Shown in pieces: positions 1 to 9,594 of a DNA stretch of 55,444 nucleotides. The stretch comes from Methanobacteriota archaeon. Lineage in GTDB: Archaea; Thermoplasmatota; Poseidoniia; Poseidoniales; Poseidoniaceae. Position 1 is the stretch's first letter, and every line of letters starts with the position of its first letter. The translations under genes and the position numbers were made by a program. The notes below the pieces were generated by a model. The model had not been told where the DNA came from, ran no database searches, and saw only the letters and a list, made by a program, of their open reading frames with translations. The stretch covers positions 1-55,444 of the forward strand of contig JAACCR010000042.1 in the NCBI GenBank assembly GCA_009937205.1, written 5' to 3'.

Positions 1-66
1 AGAAGATGCAACAAAGGATTCCGCAGATAGTTCAAAGGATGAATAAATCACTTCTTGCTGATCATC

Positions 67-1062
67 ATGATAAATCAGTCTAAGTATGGACGATTTGTAA
101 TATTTTTAATATTACTTCTCATCACTTGTGCCATTCTACTAATCAGTAACTACTCACTATTAGGCAATTTTATTTTTGCATTACTGATTGGTGCGTTGAT
201 GATCAATCTCTTTATTGAATATATAATTATTCAAATCTTTAGAACAACAGATTTTCAAAAGCCTAGCATAGAGATTGAACCGTGGGTAGAATTGATTGTT
301 AGTTGCCGTGGTATTGAAGCCAGAGCGATGCTAAATCGTAGAGGTGAAAGTGCACCAATGCTATTGATGATACATGGCTGGAAAAGTAGCGCTGAATCAG
401 TACGCGAACGTGCTGAATGGTTTTGTGAACAAGGATGGCATGCCTTGATAGTTGAAATGCCAGGGCACGGCAAGGCAATGCCTGTTGAAAAATGGACTGC
501 GATTAGAGTAGTAGAACACGCTGCAGAATTAATGGGAGCATTAGATAGTTTACTACCTTCAAAAAACATCACACAAATTGTGTATTATGGGCATTCTATG
601 GGCGGTTTCGTAGGACTTAATCTCTCAAAAAGAATTGACGACTATCCTTGGGGTAGTAAGGTAAAAGGGTGGATACTAGAATCTCCTATGACCAAATATT
701 CAATTGTATATGATGAATCGTTAACGCGTAACAGAATCCCACGATTACTCCATTCATCCATTCAAAGAAGGTTGTTAGTTCAATTCTCAGCACTTCATCC
801 ACAGGAAAAACCTATTCATTCACTTATAGAATTAGATGTTCCAATCTGGGGTCTACCTCAACAACCTACTCTCATCTTACAAGCAGAAGAGGATTCAGTT
901 CTAGGGAGATCTCATTACGACTTGCTTGTATCATCGATGAATGAGGCCGGTAGAGGAGAGATTCTCACAACACATCTAATTGGAGACCTTCCCCATTCAG
1001 GCGCTAGAACCAATTCAACAAGGAATCATCACATTGAGCAATGGTTGGAGAATAATTTTTAA
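67..1062 (+). CDS. membrane-anchored alpha/beta-fold hydrolase
   Basis: ORF 55-1062 opens with TTG, and the first ATG is at 67. N-terminal hydrophobic helices are present. LLMIHGWKSS block and nucleophile elbow GHSMGG. Confidence 0.8.
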   Translation: MINQSKYGRFVIFLILLLITCAILLISNYSLLGNFIFALLIGALMINLFIEYIIIQIFRTTDFQKPSIEIEPWVELIVSCRGIEARAMLNRRGESAPMLLMIHGWKSSAESVRERAEWFCEQGWHALIVEMPGHGKAMPVEKWTAIRVVEHAAELMGALDSLLPSKNITQIVYYGHSMGGFVGLNLSKRIDDYPWGSKVKGWILESPMTKYSIVYDESLTRNRIPRLLHSSIQRRLLVQFSALHPQEKPIHSLIELDVPIWGLPQQPTLILQAEEDSVLGRSHYDLLVSSMNEAGRGEILTTHLIGDLPHSGARTNSTRNHHIEQWLENNF

Positions 1063-1066
1063 TAAA

Positions 1067-2107
1067 TTATTCTTGTAAATCATCTGACGTTTCTGCAAAT
1101 TCCTTCGCCAATTCACGCATATCATCAACTTCATCTAATTCATCAACTATTTCTTCACCGAGCAATGTTTCAAGAACATCCTCCAAAGTTACAAGTCCGG
1201 CAGTACCACCAAACTCATCCTTGACAATAGCGACTTGTTGCCTTTGCTCTAGGAATACCTCAAGTGCATGATCAACAGAGTCATCGACGAGAATAGAGAT
1301 TGCTGGTTTCTTGAACTCTCCAATTAACTTATCAGATTCATCTCTGCTAGCTGCCATCAATATTTGAGAACGTATCACAAAGCCTGTGATTTCATCTATC
1401 GACTCTTCATAAATCGGTATCCTTGAAAAGCGGATAATTTTATGCTCTTGTAGTATCTCTTCAACCGTAGATGTTGACATAAAAGCAGTCATAACCACTC
1501 GCGGAGTCATAATTTCACTAACATTAATATCTCTTAATTTCAGTAAGTTATGAATCACTTCCTCTTCATCTGCCTCAATTATCCCTTCTTCTTCACCGAG
1601 GTCAACAATGGCGGCAACATCATCTCTAGTGACGAGCGTATCTCCTCCCGCTGGAAGAATTGATTTTAAGATTTGAATTGGAATGATAATAAATGTCAGT
1701 AATTTAACCAAAATCTGTAAAATCATTCCAGTTATTGGAACTAGTTTTTTCCAGTATGCTGTGCCAAGAGTCTTTGGGATAATTTCAGATAAAAATAAGA
1801 CTGCAATCGTTAGAATGATCGAAGCAACAGTAAGATACTCCTCTCCCCAAATAGTCTGCACCTGTGAACCAACACCAGCAGCCCCCATTGTATGGGCGAT
1901 TGTATTCAAAGTTAAGATCGAAGTTAGAGGCTTAACTGCATCATCATCTTTCAGTTGCGCCCATAAATCTCCTGACTTCTTACCCTCTTTTTGCAGAACT
2001 GCAATATGAGTATGAGGCACCGATAATACAACTGCCTCAAGTATTGAACAAATAAAGGAGATTCCTAATGCCAAGACGGCATAAAATACTAGTAAAGTGA
2101 TGTCCAT
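1067..2107 (-). CDS. CNNM/DUF21 + CBS-pair transporter-like protein (HlyC/CorC family)
   Basis: ORF 1067-2182. The internal ATG at 2107 (MDITLLVFYAVLALG) gives the usual DUF21 N-terminus. Four TM helices are followed by a CBS pair (EIMTPRVVM..., ...VAIVKDEFGGTAGLVTLEDVLE) and an acidic tail. Confidence 0.85.
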   Translation of the reverse strand: MDITLLVFYAVLALGISFICSILEAVVLSVPHTHIAVLQKEGKKSGDLWAQLKDDDAVKPLTSILTLNTIAHTMGAAGVGSQVQTIWGEEYLTVASIILTIAVLFLSEIIPKTLGTAYWKKLVPITGMILQILVKLLTFIIIPIQILKSILPAGGDTLVTRDDVAAIVDLGEEEGIIEADEEEVIHNLLKLRDINVSEIMTPRVVMTAFMSTSTVEEILQEHKIIRFSRIPIYEESIDEITGFVIRSQILMAASRDESDKLIGEFKKPAISILVDDSVDHALEVFLEQRQQVAIVKDEFGGTAGLVTLEDVLETLLGEEIVDELDEVDDMRELAKEFAETSDDLQE

Positions 2108-2327
2108 TTGTAGTCTGCGACTCCGAGTCCCGATAGTGGGTAAGTAGCACATGCGAGGTGATAGTTCTTGATGATAACCCAATGTAATGATGAATTACTG
2201 AGATATATTTGATTCTATCAGTTCGCCATTCACTAGTCATTAGAAGTAACATAAACCCCTGCAAGCCTAGTATTACAAGGGTGAAACTCAAGAAGGACAT
2301 CACACCCGCATTGAAATAGGGATTGGC

Positions 2328-4601
2328 ATGGTTGATGAGCATGTACTGATTTGTGTTGCTTGGCCCTATGCTAATGGTCCACTACACTTAGGCCATGTTG
2401 CAGGTTGTTATTTGCCCCCAGACATCCAAGCCCGTTTCGAAAGAGCGCGAGGAAATAGAGTTCTGATGGTTTCTGGAAGTGATGAACACGGAACTCCAAT
2501 CACAGTTACAGCGGAACAGAAAGGCATTACTCCTCAGCAAGTTGTTGATGAATACCATGCTATCAACTCCAAGGCCCTAATAGATCTTGGATGTAGTTGG
2601 GAACCCAATATTGACTCGCGAGGAATTGAATATGGAGGTTCATTATTCAATAGAACTACCGACCCAATGCATAAACAAATAGTGCAAGAAAACTTTTCTT
2701 CTTTGATGGATGCAGATTTGTTTGAAAGAAAGACTACTCAACAATACTATGAGACCAATAGCGACGGAAGTGGCCGGTTTTTACCAGATAGGTATGTAGA
2801 AGGTGTTTGCCCATCTTGTGCAGAAGATGGTGCTAGAGGAGACCAGTGTGATTCATGTGGAGCTACGTACGAATCAACGGAATTAAAGAACCCAGTTTCT
2901 AAGATGAATCCTACTGCCAAAATTGAAATTAAAGATACAGATCATTTCTTTTATCGTTTAGATTTATTCCAAGAAGCCTTACAACAACATGCATCTGAAA
3001 GAAACTCAGTATGGAAGCCAAATGTTAGAGCTATGACCAAACAATGGTTAGACATGGGTCTGCGTTCTCGAGCAGTGACTAGAGACCTTTCGTGGGGAAT
3101 TCCACTACCCTTGAAAGATCCTGAATGGGATGGAAAATGTGTATATGTTTGGTTTGAAGCGGTGCAAGGTTACTATTCATGCGCAAAAATATGGGCACTT
3201 CGGCATGCACAACAAGGCGGTCATCCTGATGGGTTAGATGCTTGGAAGAATTGGTGGTGCGTTTCAGAAGATGGAACTAGCCCTAGGCACTTATATTTCT
3301 TAGGAAAAGACAACATTCCATTCCACACTGTAATCTGGCCAGCATTAATTCTTGGACTTAATCATGCTTCAAAGGGAAAGACAGCAAGCGACTCTATAGA
3401 AATGCCTTCAAGTGGAGATTTAGCATTGGAGACAAATGTACCGGCGATGGAATATCTAATGTTATCAGGTGGCCAGTTTTCTAAATCACGTAAACACGCT
3501 GTATGGTTACCCTCATTCCTTGAAAGATATAATCCAGATTATCTTAGATACTACCTGTCGATTAATATGCCAGAAAATCATGACACAGATTTTAATTGGC
3601 CCGATTTTGTTGAAAAGATCAACAGTGAATTGATAGCCGCATATGGTAATTTTGTCCATCGCGTATTAACGCTAGGTGTTAGATTACCTATGGGTGATAA
3701 TGGCCCCCTTGCAGATATTGAAATAGCAGAATTAACAGTCGAACACCGCCAAAAATTAGAGGAAATACATGCCTCCATTACCGATTCACTGCTTAGACAC
3801 CGCTACAAAGAAGCATTACGCCATGTAATGTCTGCTGCACAGTATGGTAATCAAATACTGCAAGCAGCAACTCCATGGAAGTACCTCAAGAGTGAAGAGG
3901 ATACTGAAGAGAGGAGGCAAAGTTTGTCCACACTTGCATTCGGCTGGCGCTTATCTCGCTTTTTGGCAATTACTTCACAACCTTTCTTACCATTTAGTGC
4001 TGCCAAATTATGGAATGCATTAGGGCAAACAGGCGATGTTAGCCTTGTTTCATGGAATGATGCGATAGATTGGGATGTCGTAATGACTTGGAGTCAGGAA
4101 ACACCTACTCCACTCTTTGAACGCCTCGAATTAGATGTTATTTTGGAAAGTGAGAAATCTCTGACTGAAACAGATACAGCAAAAGTAGATGACAAACCAA
4201 TTCATACCGTTAAAGGTAGCAAGAAAAACAAAAAGGAGATGAAGGAAATGAGTGAAGCACCAGAAGGAATAGCATATTTGAACTTTGAAACATTTATGGA
4301 AGTCGATCTAAGAGTCGGAAAGATATTGACTGTTGAAGACCATCCTAATGCGGACAGATTATATGTTGTGAAAATAGATGATGGCAGTGATGCTGAAAGA
4401 ACTATTTGTGCAGGATTGAAGCAATACTATCAGGCAGAAGAGATGGTTGGTAAAACAGTGGTATTCGTTGCAAATTTGAAACCAAGACCGCTTAGAGGAG
4501 TTACCTCGGAGGGAATGATGCTAGCAGCAGATGATGGAAAGGATGGAGTTCGATTAGTCACAATAGATGGTGACATCGCAACTGGTTCACAAGTACGTTA
4601 A
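2328..4601 (+). CDS. metG: methionyl-tRNA synthetase with C-terminal Trbp111/EMAP-like tRNA-binding domain
   Basis: HLGH (HIGH) and KFSKS (KMSKS-type) motifs. CPSC...CDSC zinc knuckle. C-terminal VGKILTVEDHPNADRLYVVKIDDG OB-fold block. Confidence 0.95.
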   Translation: MVDEHVLICVAWPYANGPLHLGHVAGCYLPPDIQARFERARGNRVLMVSGSDEHGTPITVTAEQKGITPQQVVDEYHAINSKALIDLGCSWEPNIDSRGIEYGGSLFNRTTDPMHKQIVQENFSSLMDADLFERKTTQQYYETNSDGSGRFLPDRYVEGVCPSCAEDGARGDQCDSCGATYESTELKNPVSKMNPTAKIEIKDTDHFFYRLDLFQEALQQHASERNSVWKPNVRAMTKQWLDMGLRSRAVTRDLSWGIPLPLKDPEWDGKCVYVWFEAVQGYYSCAKIWALRHAQQGGHPDGLDAWKNWWCVSEDGTSPRHLYFLGKDNIPFHTVIWPALILGLNHASKGKTASDSIEMPSSGDLALETNVPAMEYLMLSGGQFSKSRKHAVWLPSFLERYNPDYLRYYLSINMPENHDTDFNWPDFVEKINSELIAAYGNFVHRVLTLGVRLPMGDNGPLADIEIAELTVEHRQKLEEIHASITDSLLRHRYKEALRHVMSAAQYGNQILQAATPWKYLKSEEDTEERRQSLSTLAFGWRLSRFLAITSQPFLPFSAAKLWNALGQTGDVSLVSWNDAIDWDVVMTWSQETPTPLFERLELDVILESEKSLTETDTAKVDDKPIHTVKGSKKNKKEMKEMSEAPEGIAYLNFETFMEVDLRVGKILTVEDHPNADRLYVVKIDDGSDAERTICAGLKQYYQAEEMVGKTVVFVANLKPRPLRGVTSEGMMLAADDGKDGVRLVTIDGDIATGSQVR

Positions 4602-5231
4602 TTACAAACCAAGTCGCGAATTAACAGATTTCATTGATTCCCTAGACAATTCTCTAGCCTCTTCCAAAATATCTTGAGAAGATTCCCTCATATGAGTACC
4701 CATTTCTTCAGGAATTGAAGATAAATTGATTTCAACATTGAATAATGCACCCTTTACAGCAGCACTTGCTAATAATGCTGCAACACCTACGTCAGAAGCC
4801 GCATTGCCATTACCCTTCTCCGCCAAATCAGGGAGGTGTCGAAGTAATGATAGAGCTAGAGTCGCAGTTTCAAATGGAACTTCTGCTGCTTTGAGTGTAC
4901 TTTGACGGATGCAATTTCTTCTTGCACTGATCTCCTCATCATTATCCTTAGGCATTTTGAAGCAGGCCATGACCGCATCAAAGGAGTCGCTATCTTCTAT
5001 CGCCAACTCACCAGCGCGCCCCATCAGTGGACTAGCGGTATTTTGTGCATCTTCTGCCACCTTCCAACCCTCTTGCCATTTTTCCTTGCCAATTGTTAAA
5101 TCTGTAACCATGCAAGTCAAAGCGGCTGCTTGGCCAAGGGCTACTGCAGCCGCAGTCCCTCCACCAGGGGTCGGAGAAGATGATGCTAGAGCAGCTTGGA
5201 AGTCACGCACGGACATGTCCATCCAATTCAT
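4602..5231 (-). CDS. formimidoyltetrahydrofolate cyclodeaminase (FTCD C-terminal domain homologue)
   Basis: SSPTPGGGTAAAVALGQAAALTCMV signature. The ATG at 5231 forms an ATGA overlap with the stop of the upstream formiminotransferase gene. Confidence 0.85.
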   Translation of the reverse strand: MNWMDMSVRDFQAALASSSPTPGGGTAAAVALGQAAALTCMVTDLTIGKEKWQEGWKVAEDAQNTASPLMGRAGELAIEDSDSFDAVMACFKMPKDNDEEISARRNCIRQSTLKAAEVPFETATLALSLLRHLPDLAEKGNGNAASDVGVAALLASAAVKGALFNVEINLSSIPEEMGTHMRESSQDILEEARELSRESMKSVNSRLGL

Positions 5232-6277
5232 TGTTCCACCGCCTTTGCCACAGCCCATTCAATTATTCTCTCCTCTGCATCAAATGGTGATATCTGAGAA
5301 AGACCCAAACCTTCTATTGCAGCAATTACCAGTTCCTTCTCATCTGTTACACCTTCAGCCGCATACCATTTTCCAGAATCTAACATAGCAGAAAGTGGAA
5401 CAAGGCCTACTAATTCACTACCAGGTACATCGACTTGATGATCAGATGCAATGCTCTTACAGGCTTCGAAGGCAATATGCATTGGACATGCTTCAACATC
5501 TCTTAGATTCATAGATACTTGAGAGATGCCATGGCTTTCCAAAGTAACACCCATTCCTTGCACCATGGGTAGCATACCAGGAATTCTTGCCCTTCTTCCA
5601 TCTGATTGTTTTAACAATCTGCCAGTTGATCTAACTAGCGAACCAATTTTTTTAGCAACAACAGCATCTGCTTCATCTACATTTACATTATACGCGACCA
5701 GTATGCTTCTCGAACCGATTGTAATTGCACCTGATTTAGCACAATTCTCATTCCATTGCATAGGTCCAAAGTCTGGTAGTTTAGTTGATTCAGAATGACC
5801 CGTATCACCACCACTCATTCTTGCCTGTAATCCTTCATATTGTTCCTTTCTAAGAGAGGACAAGAGAGTTCTATCATCGTGAGTTGCTGCGAAACCATAT
5901 GTGAAAGTTGGAACTTCACATTCGCTAGCCACTTTAATTGCTAATTCCTTCGCTAACTCTGAGCACTGTTCCATAGTAATGCCCTGGAGTGGGACGAAGG
6001 GACAAACGTCCACTGCGCCGAGGCGAGGGTGCTCACCTTTGTGCTGCCTCATATCAATGTGAAATATTGCTGCTTTGATAAGTTCAAAAGCCCCTTTAGA
6101 AACAGGTCCAGCCTCACCAGCCAATGTTATTACCGTCCTGTTATAATCTGCATCTGGCTCAACCCCTAATACTGCACAACCAGAAATATTTCTAGCAGCC
6201 TGAACTATAAGTTCAATTTTTTCAGTATCGATTCCCTCGGAAATGTTGGGCACGCACTCAACAATTGTTGCTACCAT
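5228..6277 (-). CDS. ftcD: glutamate formimidoyltransferase (FTCD N-terminal domain homologue)
   Basis: N-terminal ECVPNISEG motif and the GAVDVCPFVPL block. Length about 349 aa. Confidence 0.9.
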   Translation of the reverse strand: MVATIVECVPNISEGIDTEKIELIVQAARNISGCAVLGVEPDADYNRTVITLAGEAGPVSKGAFELIKAAIFHIDMRQHKGEHPRLGAVDVCPFVPLQGITMEQCSELAKELAIKVASECEVPTFTYGFAATHDDRTLLSSLRKEQYEGLQARMSGGDTGHSESTKLPDFGPMQWNENCAKSGAITIGSRSILVAYNVNVDEADAVVAKKIGSLVRSTGRLLKQSDGRRARIPGMLPMVQGMGVTLESHGISQVSMNLRDVEACPMHIAFEACKSIASDHQVDVPGSELVGLVPLSAMLDSGKWYAAEGVTDEKELVIAAIEGLGLSQISPFDAEERIIEWAVAKAVEQ

Positions 6278-6332
6278 GAACTAGGGTTAACGCATTAGGA
6301 CTTTGAATGTTGACAAAGAACAATTTCAAAAA

Positions 6333-7553
6333 TCAGCTATAAAGTCTTTCAGGAGTGGCTGAAACACCACCCTGATTCCTCTTGCTGTTAATTCTCTTTA
6401 CAGCGGCGAGTATGTCGTTTTGAGTTACTGTATCGCGCTTGTCTCTTATTGCGTTCATACCCGCTTCAACGCAAGTAGCCTTCAATTCAGCACCAGAATA
6501 GCCTTCAGTTAATTCTACAACTCTTTGAACATTAATTCTCTTAGTATTCATGTTCTTAACATGCAATGAAAGTATGGCACTTCTTGCCTTTTCATCAGGC
6601 ATAGGAATTTCGATGACCCGGTCAAATCGCCCAGGCCTCAACAAAGCGTCATCCAAAATATCCGGGCGATTTGTAGCGGCAATTATCTTCACATGTTCTA
6701 AAGAGTCAAAACCGTCTAATTCAGCAAGTAATTGCATTAATGTTCTTTGAACTTCCCGATCACCACTTGTAGAGCCATCCAATCGTTTTGCACCGATTGC
6801 ATCAATTTCATCCAAGAAAATTATCGAAGGAGACTTTTCTTTTGCTAATGAGAACAATTCTCTAACCATCCTTCCCCCTTCACCGATATATTTCTGGGCT
6901 AATTCACTACCTACCATGCGAATAAACGTTGCATCGGTGTGATTTGCTACCGCTTTAGCAATCAATGTTTTTCCACAACCCGGTGGGCCAACTAATAGGA
7001 TTCCCTTTGGTGCTTTAATTCCAACTTTTACGAATAACTCAGGAGAAGTTAAAGGCAATTCAATAGCCTCTCTTACCGCTTCAATTTGATCGTCTAAGCC
7101 TGCAACCTCGCCGTATGTGACATCGGGCTTCTCAACCATTTCAGCACCGCTAACCATCGGATCCCAAGCATCATGTAACACTTCGATAATCGCTAAAGTA
7201 TCTTGATTCAAGGCAACTCTGGTGCCCGGTTGTAATTTAGAAGGTTCAATTCTTTGATTCAATGAAACCTGAAATACAGTACCATTTGATGAACGTACTA
7301 TTGCTCTATCACTATCGAGGATATCCTGTAAAGTACCGATGATAAGCGGGGGTTTCCTCATTGATTTCACTTCTTCATTCAGTGTATTTGCTCTCTTCTT
7401 AAGACCTCTAACTTCTGACTCAAGGTGCGCTCTATCATTTATCAGCGATTGAGCTTCTTCTTGTAAAATCCGGTAATCTGACTCCAATTTTTTAAGATCT
7501 TCATCAGAACTTTTAGTATCTGCGTTAGCGCTGTTCTCAACTTCACTACTCAT
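6333..7553 (-). CDS. pan: proteasome-activating nucleotidase (AAA+ ATPase)
   Basis: N-terminal coiled coil, then an OB region. Walker A GPPGCGKT, Walker B IIFLDEID. The C-terminal L-Y-S matches the HbYX proteasome-docking motif. Confidence 0.95.
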   Translation of the reverse strand: MSSEVENSANADTKSSDEDLKKLESDYRILQEEAQSLINDRAHLESEVRGLKKRANTLNEEVKSMRKPPLIIGTLQDILDSDRAIVRSSNGTVFQVSLNQRIEPSKLQPGTRVALNQDTLAIIEVLHDAWDPMVSGAEMVEKPDVTYGEVAGLDDQIEAVREAIELPLTSPELFVKVGIKAPKGILLVGPPGCGKTLIAKAVANHTDATFIRMVGSELAQKYIGEGGRMVRELFSLAKEKSPSIIFLDEIDAIGAKRLDGSTSGDREVQRTLMQLLAELDGFDSLEHVKIIAATNRPDILDDALLRPGRFDRVIEIPMPDEKARSAILSLHVKNMNTKRINVQRVVELTEGYSGAELKATCVEAGMNAIRDKRDTVTQNDILAAVKRINSKRNQGGVSATPERLYS

Positions 7554-7686
7554 ACGAACAAATCACTGGTTGAGGCGACACCGTATGAACTCCTCGCTTG
7601 ATAATATAAGAAACGGGCTGTTCCGAAGGATTCAAAGTATTCCGACTATTAATCATAATTACAGGCGACTGTACGGAAGTGACATT

Positions 7687-8193
7687 ATGGGGGATTGTGA
7701 ATTATGTGGAGCAATGAAGGTTGGAGTCAAACACGTAAAAACCGGTAAAACAGAGGTCTCAGCCTGTAGTAGGTGCATTGAAAAATTAAACCTTGGACCG
7801 AAGCCGGTTGCCCCTGGATTAGCACGAGCGTTTTCTCCAACCACGAGGACCGGTGGAATGAATACTAAGACTAGTGGTTCATCTGCTAGAGGAAAAAGTA
7901 TTATGACGCGTTCTGAAAAAGACCTCGCCGATGACTTTTCATTACGTATTTCAACAGCCCGTAAGCAGAAAAATTGGAATCAATCACAATTAGGAAAGAG
8001 AATGGCAGAAACTGTAAACATCATCAAATCTGCTGAATCTGGCAAAAGACCAACTGATTCCGTAATAAAAAAGTTTGAACGTATTTTAGGGATTAGTTTG
8101 ATGATAGAACACAGGTCAGTTGACACTCGAGTTCTAGACAGTGGGCCATCTCGCGGAATAACGCTCGGTGATTATTTCCTTAAAGAAGAGTGA
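7687..8193 (+). CDS. mbf1: archaeal MBF1 (zinc ribbon + XRE-type HTH)
   Basis: ATG at 7687 (MGDCELCG...CSRC zinc ribbon). C-terminal HTH NWNQSQLGKRMAETVNIIKSAESGKRPT. Divergent from pan. Confidence 0.85.
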   Translation: MGDCELCGAMKVGVKHVKTGKTEVSACSRCIEKLNLGPKPVAPGLARAFSPTTRTGGMNTKTSGSSARGKSIMTRSEKDLADDFSLRISTARKQKNWNQSQLGKRMAETVNIIKSAESGKRPTDSVIKKFERILGISLMIEHRSVDTRVLDSGPSRGITLGDYFLKEE

Positions 8194-8197
8194 TTCG

Positions 8198-8752
8198 ATG
8201 AGAGATATACCAGTCCACGCGATTTGGTTGGCCCAAGATGATCCCAAGAAAAATACTGTTGTTAGTGCTTCAAAAAGAGGCGACATAATAATGCATAAAC
8301 GGTTCAACACCGTTCCTAGAAAAGGGTTTATTTTAGAGCCATTATGTGGTAAAGTGTTCGGTCCGGAAGACCATGAGGTCCTCCTCAGTAATGGCGGTGC
8401 TATAGTCGGTTTAGACTGTAGTTGGGCCAACATAGAAGAAAGTGTGGAGCAAGTGATGAAACGGACCAAATTACAACCGCGAATGTTACCTTTGCTATTG
8501 GCAGCAAATCCAGTTAATTGGGGTAAACCAAGTAAATTAACGACTGCTGAAGCACTAGCCACTATTCTATTTTTAATTGGCCGAGAACAACAAGCACGGC
8601 AAGTATTAGGTGCTTTTAGGTGGGGCGAGAGATTTTTTGAACTGAATAAGGAACCACTTGAAGCATATGCTGCTGCAAAGTCTAGTGCTGAATTAGTTTC
8701 GTTGCAATTTGAATTTTTTGATATTGATAGGTCTTCAATTGAATCCGATTAG
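8198..8752 (+). CDS. tsr3: 16S rRNA aminocarboxypropyltransferase Tsr3 (DUF367)
   Basis: ATG at 8198, 5 nt after the MBF1 stop. Blocks LDCSWANIEE and NWGKPSKLTTAEALATILFLIG are typical of Tsr3. Confidence 0.8.
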   Translation: MRDIPVHAIWLAQDDPKKNTVVSASKRGDIIMHKRFNTVPRKGFILEPLCGKVFGPEDHEVLLSNGGAIVGLDCSWANIEESVEQVMKRTKLQPRMLPLLLAANPVNWGKPSKLTTAEALATILFLIGREQQARQVLGAFRWGERFFELNKEPLEAYAAAKSSAELVSLQFEFFDIDRSSIESD

Positions 8753-8763
8753 AGCGTGATTAT

Positions 8764-9552
8764 ATGAGCGACATACACAGAAAAATAGGGGTCTCTCGCT
8801 GGAATGGAGAGAGGTTCACCTTAGATCAAGATAATGTTGCAGTTGAAGCATTAGTGATAATTAGAATCAATGGCAATACTATTGCAAGCCTGTTAGCTAC
8901 GCCATCTGATTTACAAGATTTAGCTATTGGACATTGTATTGCTGAAGCTAAAACAGGCCCGATTAACATTGAAAGTTTTACCATTTCTTTAGATGAGACT
9001 GGTACTCACTTCGCGGACATTATCACATCTGATAACATAGACCTACTACTTCCTGATGAGAGAATCATCACCAGCAGTTGTGGCGCATGCGATAGAGATG
9101 GAGTGGATGCTTTAATGTCAAATGTGCCTCTTGTTTCATCCTCACAGATTAGTTTCTCTGCAGTTGCAATAAATACTGCTTTTGAAGCGATGAAAGAACT
9201 ACAAATCGGTTTCTCTGCGACCGGGGGAGTTCATGCTGCAGGGCTGATAGATGGTGAAGGAAATTTAGTCGCCATTAGAGAAGACATTGGAAGGCATAAC
9301 GCGGTTGACAAATTATTCGGTTTCGCACAAAGAAGTGAAATCAATCTCAATCAGCATGGATTACTGTTATCTGGTCGATGTGGATGGGATATTGTTGCTA
9401 AATCTGCTAGAATGAATTGTCCACTGATAGCCAGCATTGGGGCATCCTCTACTCTTGCAATAGAAGCAGCACGCCAATCAAATATCACACTCTTCTCTTT
9501 TGTCCGTAACGACAAAGGGGTAGTGATTGGGCCCTCAAGCCGCCTCAATTGA
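8764..9552 (+). CDS. fdhD: formate dehydrogenase accessory sulfurtransferase FdhD
   Basis: GGVHAAGL and GRHNAVDKL motifs, plus the SSCGAC cysteine loop. Confidence 0.9.
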   Translation: MSDIHRKIGVSRWNGERFTLDQDNVAVEALVIIRINGNTIASLLATPSDLQDLAIGHCIAEAKTGPINIESFTISLDETGTHFADIITSDNIDLLLPDERIITSSCGACDRDGVDALMSNVPLVSSSQISFSAVAINTAFEAMKELQIGFSATGGVHAAGLIDGEGNLVAIREDIGRHNAVDKLFGFAQRSEINLNQHGLLLSGRCGWDIVAKSARMNCPLIASIGASSTLAIEAARQSNITLFSFVRNDKGVVIGPSSRLN

Positions 9553-9594
9553 ACAAAGCATTGAGAAGCAAAGCCCCAGCGTGGTAAATTATCG

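Noticed and set aside
2-46. A possible 3' end of an upstream plus-strand gene (…EDATKDSADSSKDE*).
   Set aside because: Only 14 codons are visible, which is too short to support a call.
2037-2342. A 101-aa minus-strand ORF spanning the CorC/MetRS divergent intergenic region.
   Set aside because: It overlaps both neighbouring gene starts, has no recognisable motif or ribosome-binding site, and sits in what should be promoter DNA.
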